DNA of 61,988 bases, filler included, from Porpidia crustulata (Eukaryota), in the NCBI GenBank assembly GCA_964255105.1. It is 8 parts of 8 records of this genome, joined end to end, with 100 filler letters (N's around TTAATTAATTAA, not from the genome) between each part and the next. Parts side by side here need not be neighbours in the genome. Positions count along the whole stretch, not along the records: positions 54,344 to 61,988 come from CAXUWE010001270.1; 7 more parts are not named here. One strand, given 5' to 3'. The position numbers and the translations under genes are program-made. Below are positions 61,907 to 61,988 of this stretch, piece by piece. The notes beneath the pieces are model-generated. The model searched no databases, was not told where the DNA came from, and saw only the letters and a program-made list of their open reading frames with translations. Position 1 is the stretch's first letter. The number at the start of each line of letters is the position of its first letter.

Positions 61907-61988
61907 CCCCCCCAAAGTTTGCACGATTATAATTTAAAAAACACGTATTTAAAAACCCAAATGTATAAAAACCACACCAATTAAAATA

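Overview
Eukaryotic, intron-containing DNA from a filamentous ascomycete (Pezizomycotina; inferred from gene content and GT-AG introns). The window is not one locus. It is eight contigs of 7675, 7673, 7668, 7667, 7655, 7655, 7650 and 7645 bp, joined in decreasing size order by 100-bp N44-TTAATTAATTAA-N44 linkers, so gene neighbourhood is only meaningful within a contig. Contig 1: secreted lipoxygenase, a divergently transcribed and very atypical heme-thiolate peroxidase, and a PAQR membrane protein. Contig 2: ankyrin protein, SPP1, HET-domain protein. Contig 3: hypothetical protein, a TRIM-like mini-retroelement, a Pir/GPI wall protein. Contig 4: conserved hypothetical protein, TauD dioxygenase, a MITE, a PQ-loop fragment. 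Contig 5: three (probably four) DUF3328/UstYa-type HxxHC oxidases plus a Sut1-like transporter. Contig 6: delta-8 desaturase, UTP7, TSR1. Contig 7: sterol desaturase-like protein, alpha/beta hydrolase, SFH1. Contig 8: FMP25, a small secreted Kex2-type protein, a Zn2Cys6 factor. The two strongest candidates for an undescribed system are the DUF3328 array (likely part of a dikaritin-type RiPP cluster whose precursor is off-contig) and the LOX plus motif-rewired heme-thiolate pair (possible secreted oxylipin pathway).
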